Source: Balamuthia mandrillaris
Taxonomy: Eukaryota
NCBI GenBank assembly: GCA_031835245.2
Contig: JAVKOQ020000106.1
Coordinates: forward strand, 62,001 to 126,000
Length of the DNA: 64,000 nucleotides
Reading direction: 5' to 3'
Part shown: piece after piece, positions 1-11,238 of the stretch
Position numbering within the stretch: the first letter of the stretch is position 1
Layout: each line of letters opens with the position of its first letter
Translations under genes and position numbers: made by a program
The notes under the pieces: generated by a model
Seen by the model: the letters and a program-made list of their open reading frames with translations, nothing else
Database searches by the model: none
What the model was told of the DNA's origin: nothing

Positions 1-9
1 TCATCACCT

Positions 10-54
<45 letters not shown>

Positions 55-128
55 CGCCTTTTCTCTTCCTGGTTTCTTCTCCTTCTCTTTTCTTCTCTCG
101 TGCTCTTCTCGTTATCGCTCTACAATAG

Positions 129-3022
129 TTGAACTTGAGCGTGGACTGCTTGTGGAAAGTGGACAAAGACCTCCAGCGCTTTTGGCAGTACAGAGATAAC
201 GACACTCGTCGCGTGAAAACTGTACAGCTCACCATAGACATATTCGCTAGAGAGGAGAGCTCTTCTCCTGCCGGTAGTCGACGCCCCAGTCAAGAAGATA
301 CGTCAGAAAGCCAAGACAGGCGAGCACAGAACCGCCACCGGCCTTCTGACTTTCTGCTTGAACGCTGGTGCCTTGAATACACCAACGAGTAAGTTTTCTT
401 CTTTCTTTCTGCGACGTTCTTCTTCCCTCTTATTCATAGGTTAACATCTTGCTCTTTTTTTTTTTCTCTTGTTTGAATTGACAGAGCTAATCCTGATGCC
501 GCAAGCCCTACCTTGAACAACAAACATACATTGGTTCTTCTACGGTCCGTTGCTGCCATGATATGTCTGCTTCCTTGCCATAAACTTGTGCGACTCTGCA
601 AACGTCACCCGACAAGCTATTCTATTTGTTACTCCATCAACGACCTCAACTCTGTCTCCAGAATAACGTCTCTCAAAGTATCTAGAGATCGCGATGCCAC
701 TTCAACCTCAATTTCTTCCGTGCTGGAATGGTCAACCAACGAGGAGGTTTCGGTTTCAACTCATCCACAAAAAGAAAAAGAGAAGGAACAAGAAAAGGCT
801 CTTAGCGGTAATAACAATGGTCGTAGTAGCTTCAAGTTTGGAGAAATATCCACCAAAATGGGCAGTTTGACAGTTTCTGTGGAATATCGCAATGATATTT
901 CACGATTCCAAAAGGTGTGTTTCTTCTATTCCATTACTCTTTGTTCTTATTCTATTTTTTTTTTGGAACGGATAACAGATCAAGAGCTCAGGAATTGCAA
1001 CGTTCATCATTCCGGACTACAGCCCAAATGCCTCTTCCAATGTTACCCAACCGACTGCAAACAAAACTGCCTCACAAACTGTTTCTACTTCTCGTGCAGA
1101 AGATCCATTTAGGCCTTCTTCCTTTCACAAGATAGAGCCATCAGACAAAGCCTCTTCGCCTCCCTCATCCGCTCCTCGCAAAATGTCGAATGTTGATTTA
1201 TACTTGGATGAGTACTTTGAGAAAAAGGTGCCTGGCAATAAGAACCAACCGTCAACCACACCTTCTTCTACAATCGCAACATCTGCTGCCATTCCTACTC
1301 CTCGTACGAGACGTAGGTCAGCTGCAAACGAGTTAGCGTCAGAAGATGACTTAACTACTGGAGCAGAGGCGGGAGATGCGTCCTATCCACCTTCTTTGTT
1401 CTCTTTGACGAGCCCTCCGTCCGTACCTTCTCTGCTTCTTACCTCTCCTCCATTCTCGCAAATGCCAGACACAGTAGGGCATAAGGCAACAATAGAAGAG
1501 AACGAAGCAATCAGCGGCGAATCGTCCGGGAGAGCACGTTTACGTTCGTCGAATCCGCAGCCGATTCCCTCGGCTTCATCATCTTCAGCAACCTCATCAA
1601 GACATCACCAACGTAAACAAACGAAGCCATCCGCTGCTGCTTCTTGTCCTCCTTGTCATTATGGTGGGCAAAATCCTTTTTCTTCTCATTATTCTACTTC
1701 TCCTCTGTCTGCTTCTGTGGCTTCTCCACACAATAGAAACGAACATGTACAAATGGTTCCCTCTTCCATGCCTACCACGATTCCTCATTCTAAGTCCATG
1801 CCTCCTCAAAGGCAGTCTACCGCGTCTTCACCTTCTCCGTTTTCTCCAACTTCGTTCCTTCTCAACAATTATCAACAACAGCAACACAAACAAAAGCAAA
1901 AACAAAACCAATTTCCTCATTCTTCTTCCTCTCCATTTGCCTCGTCTGGCCCGCTATCTCAGACACCACCGATCGGATCAGGCATGTATGGCTCTCAGTG
2001 TTTCTACATGGATGATCCTCCGTTGGTGGATGAAGAAGAGGACGACTCGGAATGGTTAGCGGAATTACAAAAAGTTTGTGCCATCGATCCTCCTTTAGCG
2101 ACGACATCTACGCTCCCCACCTCTTCCTCTTTTCTTTCTCCTTTTTCTTCCTCTCCACCAACTTCTTCTGCCGGATCTTCAGCAGCAAAACCGATTATCA
2201 CAACCTCATCGTTTCCCGAAGCTTCTCTCCTGTTCTCTCCTTCATTATCCTCTCCTCCTTCGCCCGACATTGATCTTTTGCTGTGCAGTCAGGAAGGAGC
2301 TTTTACCACTCCTAATCGTGAAATTGGGGAACAGGTTGGCAGCTTTGTATTGATATGTTCGCAGCCGCCTGTTTTGAAGCTGTTTAAGAAGACCACTTCC
2401 GAAAATGATGTTCGTCACCTCTCTAGTCACCTGAATGATTCCATCATTGACTTTATCTGTTTCTTTTTCTTGCTTGTTTGCGTTTCTCCAGGTGCATTCA
2501 GTGGACTTGTCTCAGTTCCAAATGGTGATCGATAGTTTAGTGGACTGGAGAGACCAGAGCAACAACGACAAGAAAGGTAATGTGGCTAAGAAATTGCAAA
2601 GAGCTCCCTCAACAACTGCGAAACAGAACGACCGACCCTCTTCCTCTTTCCTTCGCTTCAATTATAATTTCAACACAACCGCTCCCAAAACAGACAATCA
2701 ACCGAGACATGAAGATCTTATGAAGCACTACGAAGAAGACGACCCATTATCCAATCTCGCTTTGGATCAAGACTCGTTCTTCGACAATCTTTCCGGTCCA
2801 CAAAACCGCACTATCTCTTCCAGTCATCACTTCTTTCCTTCTTCATCCTCCTCTTCGCGTTATTCAAAAGGAGGAAGGAGAAGCGAGAATGGAGGAGAAG
2901 AGGAAGAAGACGAGATGCGAAGACGCCCCAGCCGGTATTGGGACGACTATGACGACTCTCGTTTGAGCCTGGCGACTGATGGCGTCATGGACTTGTCGTT
3001 ATCTGACCTCATTCAGGAGTGA
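129..3022 (+). CDS. ATG13: Autophagy protein Atg13-like (N-terminal HORMA domain plus long Ser/Pro-rich disordered region); 5' end lies outside the window
   Basis: Exons about 129-388, 485-914, 979-2409, 2492-3022 joined by GT-AG introns. Motifs LNL..., LLERW, LLRSV...LLPCHKL, FGEISTKMGSLTVSVEYR and IIPDY match Atg13 HORMA family motifs as I recall them. Confidence 0.75.
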
Positions 3023-3168
3023 TCGCCTCTTAACTTTCTGTTTTTTTTTTTTCGTTTTTGTACAGATAAAAGAAGGCACAACGAACTTCTTTTTTAAACT
3101 GTGTACACATCAAAGTTGAAATATATTGGTTCGTATTTCTCCTTCGTTGTTTTTTCTCCTTTCCTTCT

Positions 3169-4786
3169 TTACAACGAATGCTGTGCCTGTTGCAGCTGTT
3201 GGTTTTCCTCTCCAAAGTTTACACAAGAAGAGTTCTTTTGGCTCTTCTGCACCTTATTCTTAATAGCCTTTCCTCCGAACCATCCCGCGAGCACCAACAC
3301 AACCACCACCGCCGCTCCTCCCACCAATCCCACCACCAATCCTACAATCAGCTTCCTCTCCTCATCCTCATCATCTTCTTCATCTCTATCATTCCCATCT
3401 CCACTGCCATCTCCATCCACGACTCCGTCCTCGTTTCCATCCCCATCTCCATCGCTTCCTTCTCCATAATCCTCTCCAGGGAAGAAGATGCTCAAGTCTG
3501 GATCGTACGAGATGTTGGCGCCCCCCGCAAAAGTCATGTAGAACTCGAACTCGGTGGTGTTCTCCGGCTGGTCGATGAGCCGCTGCGTGGTCGTCATCGG
3601 ATACCAGAAGCTCACCTGCTCAAAGCCAACATCCTCCTCCGCGCGGAAGAGCCGCGAGGCAGAGGGAGGATCCGCCGTGGAGAAGTTGGCCTGCACGATG
3701 GTTCCCTCGAAGAGACCTTCCTCCAAGGACTTGACCGTCACCTTTCTCACAAACGTTGCATCATCGGAGGTGCCAAAGAGATAGGCGAGGTCCATCCAGA
3801 CGGGGAAGATGAAGTTTGGATTGCCGGAGAGGGAGCGGAGGTCCCAAGGAAGGAGCGGGTGGGAGAGGGTGACGCGGTAGAAGAACGTCAGGTCGAAGAA
3901 GAGGTCCTCCTCGTCGGCTTGCTGCGAGAGAGCAGCCGATGTGTAGTTGGTCAGGTCGATGGTGAACTTGAGGTGGTCTGCGCTGATGGGGATGGAGCGA
4001 ACGGTTCCTTGTGCATTTCTTTTTGTTTTTGTTTTTGTTTTTTGACAAAAGAAAAACAAAAAACGAAAAAAGAGAAAAACGAAAAGAAAAAAGAAAAAGA
4101 AAAAGAAAAAGAAAAAGAAAAAGAAAAAGAAAAAGAAAAAGAAAAAGAGGAAAGCAAAAGAGAGAAAACAGTGGAGAAAGAAAAAGGAATAAAGTTAAAA
4201 AAATCCACAAGAAACAAATAAGAGAGCCGGAGGAGAGTGAGAGAGAGAGAGAGAGGAGCACGTACGCTATGTTCCGATAAGAGTCGTTGCCAGGGGGAGT
4301 GACCTCAAAGGTGACCGCAAAAGTAGCCCCGCTCACTCCCCCAAAGTCATTGACCACCTGCCTAACCTTCCTAACGGAAGCGCCTCCCTCCGCTTCTTCT
4401 TCTACCTCTTCCAAGTTCCACATGCCCGCCTCATCCAACGGCCGCTCCAACGCTGGAGGGTACTGGCACTCGGTCAGGAAGCCAACGTCCTTGGTGGGCG
4501 AGTTGTTGGGGTCAAGGCTGACGTTGGCGCAGAGGTACTCCTGAAAGAGGTAGGGCTGAATAGAGAGCCAGAACTCGGGGTTCAGGCTGCCGTTGGCGTG
4601 CTTGGGCATCGCGAAGAACTGGGCAGAGTCCTGGACGAAGCGGACCTGGAAACGGCGGCCCTCCAGCACTTGGCTGGATTGTTCTATAGTGGGAGGGGCG
4701 GAGAGAGCTGCGGCAGAGCGGGTCTCATGGAGAGAAGAGAGCGAGAGCAACAACAGGAGCAGGATAGAGAGGTTACTGTAACGCAT
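3169..4786 (-). CDS. Type I membrane/surface protein (signal peptide, ectodomain ending YDPDLSIFF, acidic Gly/Asp linker, single TM helix)
   Basis: Exons 4786-4266 and 4018-3169 splice in frame (NIA/NAQGTVR). Signal MRYSNLSILLLLLLSLSS; TM LIVGLVVGLVGGAAVVVVLVLAGWF; DPDxS motif before the TM resembles amoebozoan ComC-like surface proteins. Confidence 0.7.
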
Positions 4787-4999
4787 CAGTGGCGTTTTTT
4801 CGTTGCAGCGTTTTAAGGTTTTATTTTATTTTTGCTTCAGTTTTATAATAAAAAAAAGTAGTAGTTGTAATGATTTACAATTAATTATAAAATAATAATT
4901 AAATAATTAATTGGAATGAACACGAATTGTGCAGCAATGCTGCTGGTTGTTCGACACAAAAGAAAACGTAAAAAAAAAAAGCCATGGGCTGAAGAAAAG

Positions 5000-5423
5000 A
5001 TGAAAGGCAGACGCTTGGCCAACGTGATCAAGCTCAGCGGTGCCAGTTACGTGTTGCTTCAGTATGGAGTGTCTGTGAACCTGGTGAGGAGCCCTTTCCC
5101 TTTCACTTTATTTTTTGATAATTTTTTTTTGTGTGTGTGGGTTGACATGGCAAAAAAAAACAAAACAAAGACAACAGGGCCGTCAATGTATCCCTCTATT
5201 TACAACGACTGGCTCCTGATGGATCTGTATTCCCATCCCAAAGATTACAAAGTGGGCGATGTTATTGCACTCATCAACCCGATCGACCGTCGTATGAGCT
5301 TTTCTCTTTCTGTTCGCTTGTTTTGTCCTTCGTTCTCTCCTCTCTCCTCCTCTCTGCTCTCTGCTCTCTGCCCTCTGCTCTCTGCTCTCTGCTCTCCGTT
5401 CTCTCCTCGCTCTGCTTCTCTCT

Positions 5424-5465
<42 letters not shown>

Positions 5466-6360
5466 TTCTTCTATTAACCACTTTTTATTGGTTTCAAAGA
5501 CCAACGACTATGCAAGCGAGTGAAAGGGCTACCAGGGGACGTCATTCGTTTCCGCCACCCACAAACGGGCTTCATGACTGCCATCGAACTGCCAGCAGGT
5601 CACATTTGGGTCGAAGGCGATAACACCCAACAATCCATTGGTAGCATTATTTCCATTTTCTTTAGACTAGGCTGCTTCTTTCCTTTGTCGCTGTTCTCCT
5701 CCTCTTTGTAAAAAGATTGCTATTACAGCCAACCATTAACCTTTGCCTTGCGACATTAGACTCGAGATACTTTGGACCGGTACCGTTAGGTTTGGCTACT
5801 GGCAGATTATTGTATCAGGTATCTTCGCTTCTCGTTCTTCGTTTCCTGTTTTTCTTTCTTTTCTTTTTATCCGTTTCTATTTCGTGTTGGTCACGTTTGT
5901 TTCTTTGGATCAGTTTTTCACGCATTCACCAAACAAACAACAGATGACGCACAAGAGCAGATATTTGCCATCGCCAAAAGCAGAGGTTGTAACACCAAGC
6001 GACATCTCGAGATTCATCGAGGATACTCTCTTTGGCCAACTTTTCAGAGAGGAGCAAGATAGAAGGAAACAACAGCTGCTAAAGCTGATGATGGAAGAAG
6101 GTGATCAACATCAACAACTACAACAACGATGGCATCAGCTCAGTAAGTTGAAAGAGGAAGGTGATAAAATGGACAGAAGAAACAGAAAGGTACCACTGAG
6201 GAAAAGGAGAGAAGAAAGGATCATTATCCCGATTCACGATGAGCGAAGAACGAATGAAGATGATTTTACAACTATGACACGGAGGAAGAAAGAACGGATC
6301 ATCGTTCCCATTCGAGACAAATGGAGCCAGAACGAAGAAACCTTACCATCGTCTTTGTGA
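5000..6360 (+). CDS. Mitochondrial inner membrane protease subunit (IMP1/IMP2-like, peptidase S26)
   Basis: Spliced motifs GPSMYPS (catalytic Ser), KRVKGLPGD (catalytic Lys), HIWVEGDN, DSRYFGPVPLGL; charged C-terminal extension. Confidence 0.85.
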
Positions 6361-6418
6361 ACTTTTTGCTTTTTTGTTTTTTTGTTTGTTTGTTTATTTT
6401 TTTTTAAAAAAAAAGCCA

Positions 6419-7918
6419 TCAAAGAGAAAGTTCTTTTTGAAGCGCGTTGTCAAAGTGAGATGAAGAAAGGAACTGAAATTCTGCAACGAGTGGAAAGTGG
6501 TCGCTTGGTTCGTCCTCCATGCTCCACTCTTTGTTTTCGGCAAGAAGTTCTTCGATGGTCGGAAGTTCCAACAGAGAAGTTGGTCTCAACGTTAGCTTGC
6601 TATACCTGTTAAAGAGTAGATACGCACAATAATGAGAAAGAAGAAAGGAAAATGAAGTGAAGAGAGGTGTTTAGCCAAACCAGATATAATCCAATACTTG
6701 CTTTCGTCGCACATTAACGCTGGTGCAGGCATCCCCGAGTCGAGGCTCCCGTTTGTAATGATAGGCGCTCTCCATTTCAGGTATTGTTCCTCGTTTTTTC
6801 TGCTCTTCCTCTTCTCTATCTTCCACATCATGGAACCGTGGATCCATATTGCCTCTTCTTTCGAATCCACCGACCCTCAAAAAGTCTGTTTTCATGTACT
6901 GAAACACGTTCACTCTTTTCTCGGGTTGTTCTTCTTCGTCGTCTCCTTCTCTATCTCTCTGTTTTGAAGGAGGCGCTTCGGTCCAAGGCTCAGAGTTAAA
7001 GTCTCCACAAACGAGTACAGGGACCTGTCGCGATACATCTATTTGCATTTCCGTTGTCCAGCTTTCTTCTCTTGCGTTTGCAGACGATGGAGAAGCAGAA
7101 GCAGGGTAGATGCGATAAGCATGTGGTTTACGACCGTATTTGAGTTGAACGGCATATTCCCAGAGGAGGTCTCGAAAGTTACGAACATGGTGTGCTGCCT
7201 CTTTGATCTCTTGTAGCCTCTTTGCTTCCGTCTTGTAGTAAAGATGAGTGGTTACTACCATAAACACATTCGTCTCCTCTGGTTTGTCTTCTTCTTCTTT
7301 CTTGTCGTCCGTTGCAGAAGAAGGAAGCGTTTGAAAGCCAGCCATCACCATGAGTCGGTCTTTGCCGTCGGCGAAACGGATGGACATGGCGGAGAGAAGG
7401 CGAAGCTCTTTCACGTTGTAAAAGATACCAGCCCCGTCGTGCCTCAACAGATGCGAGTGAGTTGATATCTGATCCGTCGCTCGCATCTCGTATCTATCAT
7501 TTGGAGGGTACATATTATAGAGAACAGCGCAGAGAGAGTGAGTGCAAGCGAAACAAGATGAGCGAAAGCGAGAGAAAGAGAGCGAGAAAAAACGATACTT
7601 GGCTTCCTCGTAGCCGTGGGAACGAAGGGCGTCCTTCCAAAAATCATAGTATCGGTCCAGTTCTTGCAGGCACAGCACGTCCGCTTGGTGGCTGACGACC
7701 TCGGCCAGCAGCTCCTGCAGGCGAGTGGGACGCGCCCTCCATCGGGTCCCCTCCGAGGCGAGCTCCTCTGCCAGCACGTTGTATTGCACCACCTTGATCC
7801 TCCTCCCCTTCTTCTCCTCCCCGTTGGCATGTCCTTGATGTTGTTGTTGTTGGGAGCCTTCCTCCTCCTCCTCGGCAACGGCCAGGTCCACTTGGCGGCG
7901 GCGTCCGCCTCTCTGCAT
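6419..7918 (-). CDS. Endonuclease/exonuclease/phosphatase family protein (CCR4/nocturnin/Angel/PDE12-like)
   Basis: YNVLA, DVLCLQE, TTHL, CGDFNSEP, LDYIW and final-exon PSDHFPLVAEF (exon 6605-6419); catalytic residues appear intact. Confidence 0.88.
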
Positions 7919-8003
7919 TTCTGCCTTTGCTTCAAGTTTTTATTTGTGTGAGAAAGGGGAAAGGGTCTCTCTTACACAATTACTCGTCTTTCTCTCGTCG
8001 TAG

Positions 8004-8299
8004 CCTCTCAACATTGCCCCCGCTTCGTCCCTGCTGACCCAAGCCTTTCTCCAACAGTAGCACGAGAGGCATGTGATATTCGTCTGCCAGCACAGGCGCG
8101 AGGCCAGGCTCGAGGTACCTCACGGACTGCTGGTCAAAATGGTCTTCGTTCACAACTGTGGCCTGAGATCACCCGCCAACACCCCAAGTACTCTGACATC
8201 ATCGAATTCCAAAGGAAGGCGGCCTCTGACAGTGACCCCGATGCCTATGCCAAGGCATTCGAGAGTGAATTGGACATGGCTGAGCGTCCTAAGAAATGA
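8004..8299 (+). pseudogene. Orphan 3' exon-like open frame with no upstream exon
   Basis: Pyrimidine tract plus TAG at 8001-8003, then an open frame ...SQLWPEITRQHPKYSDIIEFQRKAASDSDPDAYAKAFESELDMAERPKK*; little room upstream before the divergent EEP gene start at 7918. Confidence 0.35.
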
Positions 8300-9179
8300 A
8301 TGCGATAATCGTCCCCCAGCACTAGCGCTTTAAAAGATTTGTCAAGCCGTCGGACACTCTGTATGAGTCCGACGACAGCTCAGGAGCACGCTACGGCCTG
8401 GCTACCTTTACCCCCACCCTTCTGCGAGAGTTACCTTCGCGGACGTTAGGTCCCTTTCTTTCCTCTCGGTGGCCTACTGTGCGCTCACTCCTTTTGACCT
8501 CACCAAGGAAGCCTCCCAAAACCCAAAAGCAGGTGCTTCAGAGCAAGCAAATAGGCAAGAGGGAACCTCCTCAAGTTTGCAGCTGAGCTGAAGCAGAAGC
8601 CTTTGAATTTTGGGGGGGGGGGGATGAGAGAGACGGTTGGTAGGGCTCTGTTGGAGTAGCTGGTTGAAATGTTGCTTCTTGCGGGGCTTGGTTGGTAGGA
8701 TTGAAAGGAATTGAGTTTCTGGTGCTTGTCTTGGTCTGGTTCCATGGCTGTAGCGGGCATTTCATGTCGGTCGGGTTGGCGGGAGTTCGGGAATAGTAGT
8801 GTTGGTTTGTGTTCGTTGGGTGGTCGGGCTCTGCTTGGTTTGTTTCTTTCTGGCTTGGCTTGTGCTGGTCAGGCGTCCGTGGTCGGATAGAATCGTCAGG
8901 TTGGCTCTGCAGTACGGTCGTGGGTTGGCTGTTTCTCAGGTTGGAGGGGTGGCGGCTGGTTTGCTTGCTGTTTCTCAGGCTTGGCTCTGCTTCAGGTGGG
9001 TCGTGAGTGTTGCTGGGGTTGAAAGTACTCGTGTCGTCTGGGGTTGCAATGGATTCATGTCGTCATTGTGATGGAAATTTCCTTTAGATGGAAATTTCGA
9101 TTTAGTTAACTTCATATACATGACGACATGAAAGGCAATTAATTAATGCCTTCCCTTTTTTTGTGCATTACCTTTTGGT

Positions 9180-9926
9180 TCAATTACTTTTTCCGTTGGT
9201 CGTTGGTAGGTTGATGCTGGTAGGCCGAAGAGAAGTTGATAGTTGTTCAGGCGGGGGTCGTAGGTCGTAGGTCGTAGGTAGTTGTTGGGCTGACGGAGAG
9301 AGAAGTTGTCCGGCTTGTCGGAGGGCAGGCGCAGGGTCGTAGCGAAGGCAGTTGTTCCGGCAGCGGGCAAGGGGGAGGGTGGGGTGGAGGAGGACCTTTG
9401 TGGCAGAAACACAAAAAACAAAAGAAAAAGAAAGTACGGCGTAAATGCGGACAAAAAAACATTCAAAGCATAGGAAAGTACCTTGTTTTCTCTGTGGGAC
9501 GTCATGTCGGCTGCTGCTGAGTATTTATCTGGCTAGCGGGTCAAAGTTGTGTTGGTGGTGGAACAAGAAAAAGGGGTGAAGGTTCCCAAAAGCAGAGAAA
9601 TCAGAGGAGAGACAGAGGGGTAACGGGAGGGGACGTACCTTGTAGTCATAATGGCTCGGCATACATAAACGATGGAACGAAGAGGGAAAGAGCGAGAGAT
9701 AGAGAGAGAGCGAGAGAGAGAGAGAGACGGAAAAGGGATAGGGGACGTACCTTGAAGTTTCTTGGCTTACATAAATGATGGAACAAAGAGGAAAGAGAGA
9801 AGGAGAGAGAGACAGAGAGGAAAAAGGGGTAGGGGACGTACCTTGAAGTTTCTTGGCTTTATAACGGAAATTAAACGACGGAGAGCAGAAATGAGGAGGA
9901 GGCGTACCTTGTAAACACATTGGCAT
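9180..9926 (-). other. Array of microexon/intron cassettes (gene fragment or small gene; frame unresolved)
   Basis: Five CAAG|GTAC donors on the minus strand; identical 15-nt exons at 9842-9856 and 9751-9765, each with AG acceptor and GTACGT donor. Confidence 0.5.
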
Positions 9927-9953
9927 GGTTGGAAAAAAAGGAATGATATGTAC

Positions 9954-9989
<36 letters not shown>

Positions 9990-10014
9990 TAGTGATGTTG
10001 CTACGGCCTGGCAA

Positions 10015-10153
10015 GTCCACATCCACATCCACATTCACACATCCACATCCACATCCACGTCCACGTCCAAGTCCACATCCACATCCACATCCACATCCAC
10101 ATCCACGTCCACGTCCACATCCACATCCACATCCACATCCACATCCACATCCA
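10015..10153. repeat. (CACATC)n hexamer microsatellite with CACGTC variants
   Basis: Direct reading, roughly 23 units. Confidence 0.95.
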
Positions 10154-10215
10154 AAGTCCACTCCTCCTCCACCCCTTCTATCTACATAAGGACAACAAAG
10201 AAAAGAAAAGAAAAT

Positions 10216-10506
10216 AAGTGTAGTTAGTCTGCAACAAACAAATGGGAGGGAGTGAAGGGGGAGGGAGGGGAATGGAGGGGGGGGAGGTGCGGTGGAGGAG
10301 GCGCAGTTGACTCAGGAAACGAACAAACACAATTGACCACATACAACAGACACACACAAACAAATAGTGAGAGAGAGTTTGTTTTGTTACCACGAGAACA
10401 AAAGAAAAAAAAGTGTAGTTAGTATCCAACAAACAAATGGGGAGGGAGAGGGGGGGGGGGAGGGAGGGGGAGGTTCGAGGTGGAGGAGGCGAAGTTGAAC
10501 TCAAGA
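10216..10506. repeat. Two imperfect about 100-bp G-rich direct repeats
   Basis: AAGTGTAGTTAGT...CAACAAACAAATGGG[G-runs]GGTGGAGGAGGCG.AGTTGA at about 10216-10317 and 10411-10506. Confidence 0.85.
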
Positions 10507-10740
10507 AAGAGAGAAAGTTAGTGGAGTTGGGTTAGTTGGGAGACGACTGAGGAAAGTTCTTCTGATTACATAGACGGCGGTGATCCACGGAAAGATAGAG
10601 GAAAGATAGAAAGAAAGAAACAACAAGAACGAAACGACAAGAAAGAATATCAGAAAAATAAGAGAAGAAAAAGAAAGGTGAATACCTGGTCGTACCAAAC
10701 TGTTCTCTGCTCAGGTCTTTCCAAAGTACGTTGGTTGAAG

Positions 10741-10940
10741 GCGTAGGCGTTGGTAGATGTAGAAAGCGTAGGCGTTGGTAGATGTAGAACTCGTAGGCGT
10801 TGGTAGATGTTGAAATCGTAGGCGTTGGTAGATGTAGAAAGTGTAGGCGTTGGTAGACGTAGAAAGCGTAGGCGTTGGTAGATGTAGAACTCGTAGGCGT
10901 TGGTAGATGTAGAACTCGTAGACGTTGGTAGACGTAGAAA
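10741..10940. repeat. 25-bp minisatellite, 8 tandem copies (consensus GCGTAGGCGTTGGTAGATGTAGAAA)
   Basis: Units start at 10741, 10766, 10791, 10816, 10841, 10866, 10891, 10916; no spacers. Confidence 0.95.
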
Positions 10941-10954
10941 TACATTCCTGTATG

Positions 10955-11001
<47 letters not shown>

Positions 11002-11140
11002 CAGAGACAGAGACAGAGACAGAGACAGAGACAGAGACAGAGACAGAGAGAGATCGACGAGGACTCAGCAGCCAGGCAAGTAACCCCACCTCCTCCACCT
11101 CATATACTTACCGTTCCAGTTGCAGATCGACGGACGGACG

Positions 11141-11182
<42 letters not shown>

Positions 11183-11199
11183 GAGAGAGAGAGAGGAAG

Positions 11200-11237
<38 letters not shown>

Positions 11238-11238
<1 letters not shown>

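Noticed and set aside
8348..8374. Hammerhead-ribozyme-like CTGTATGAGTCC within an 8-bp hairpin (CGTCGGAC/GTCCGACG)
   Set aside because: Core is not CUGANGA and no GAAA or three-stem arrangement follows; only a short hairpin.
10741..10940. CRISPR-like array
   Set aside because: Units are head-to-tail with no unique spacers, there are no cas genes, and the context is eukaryotic.
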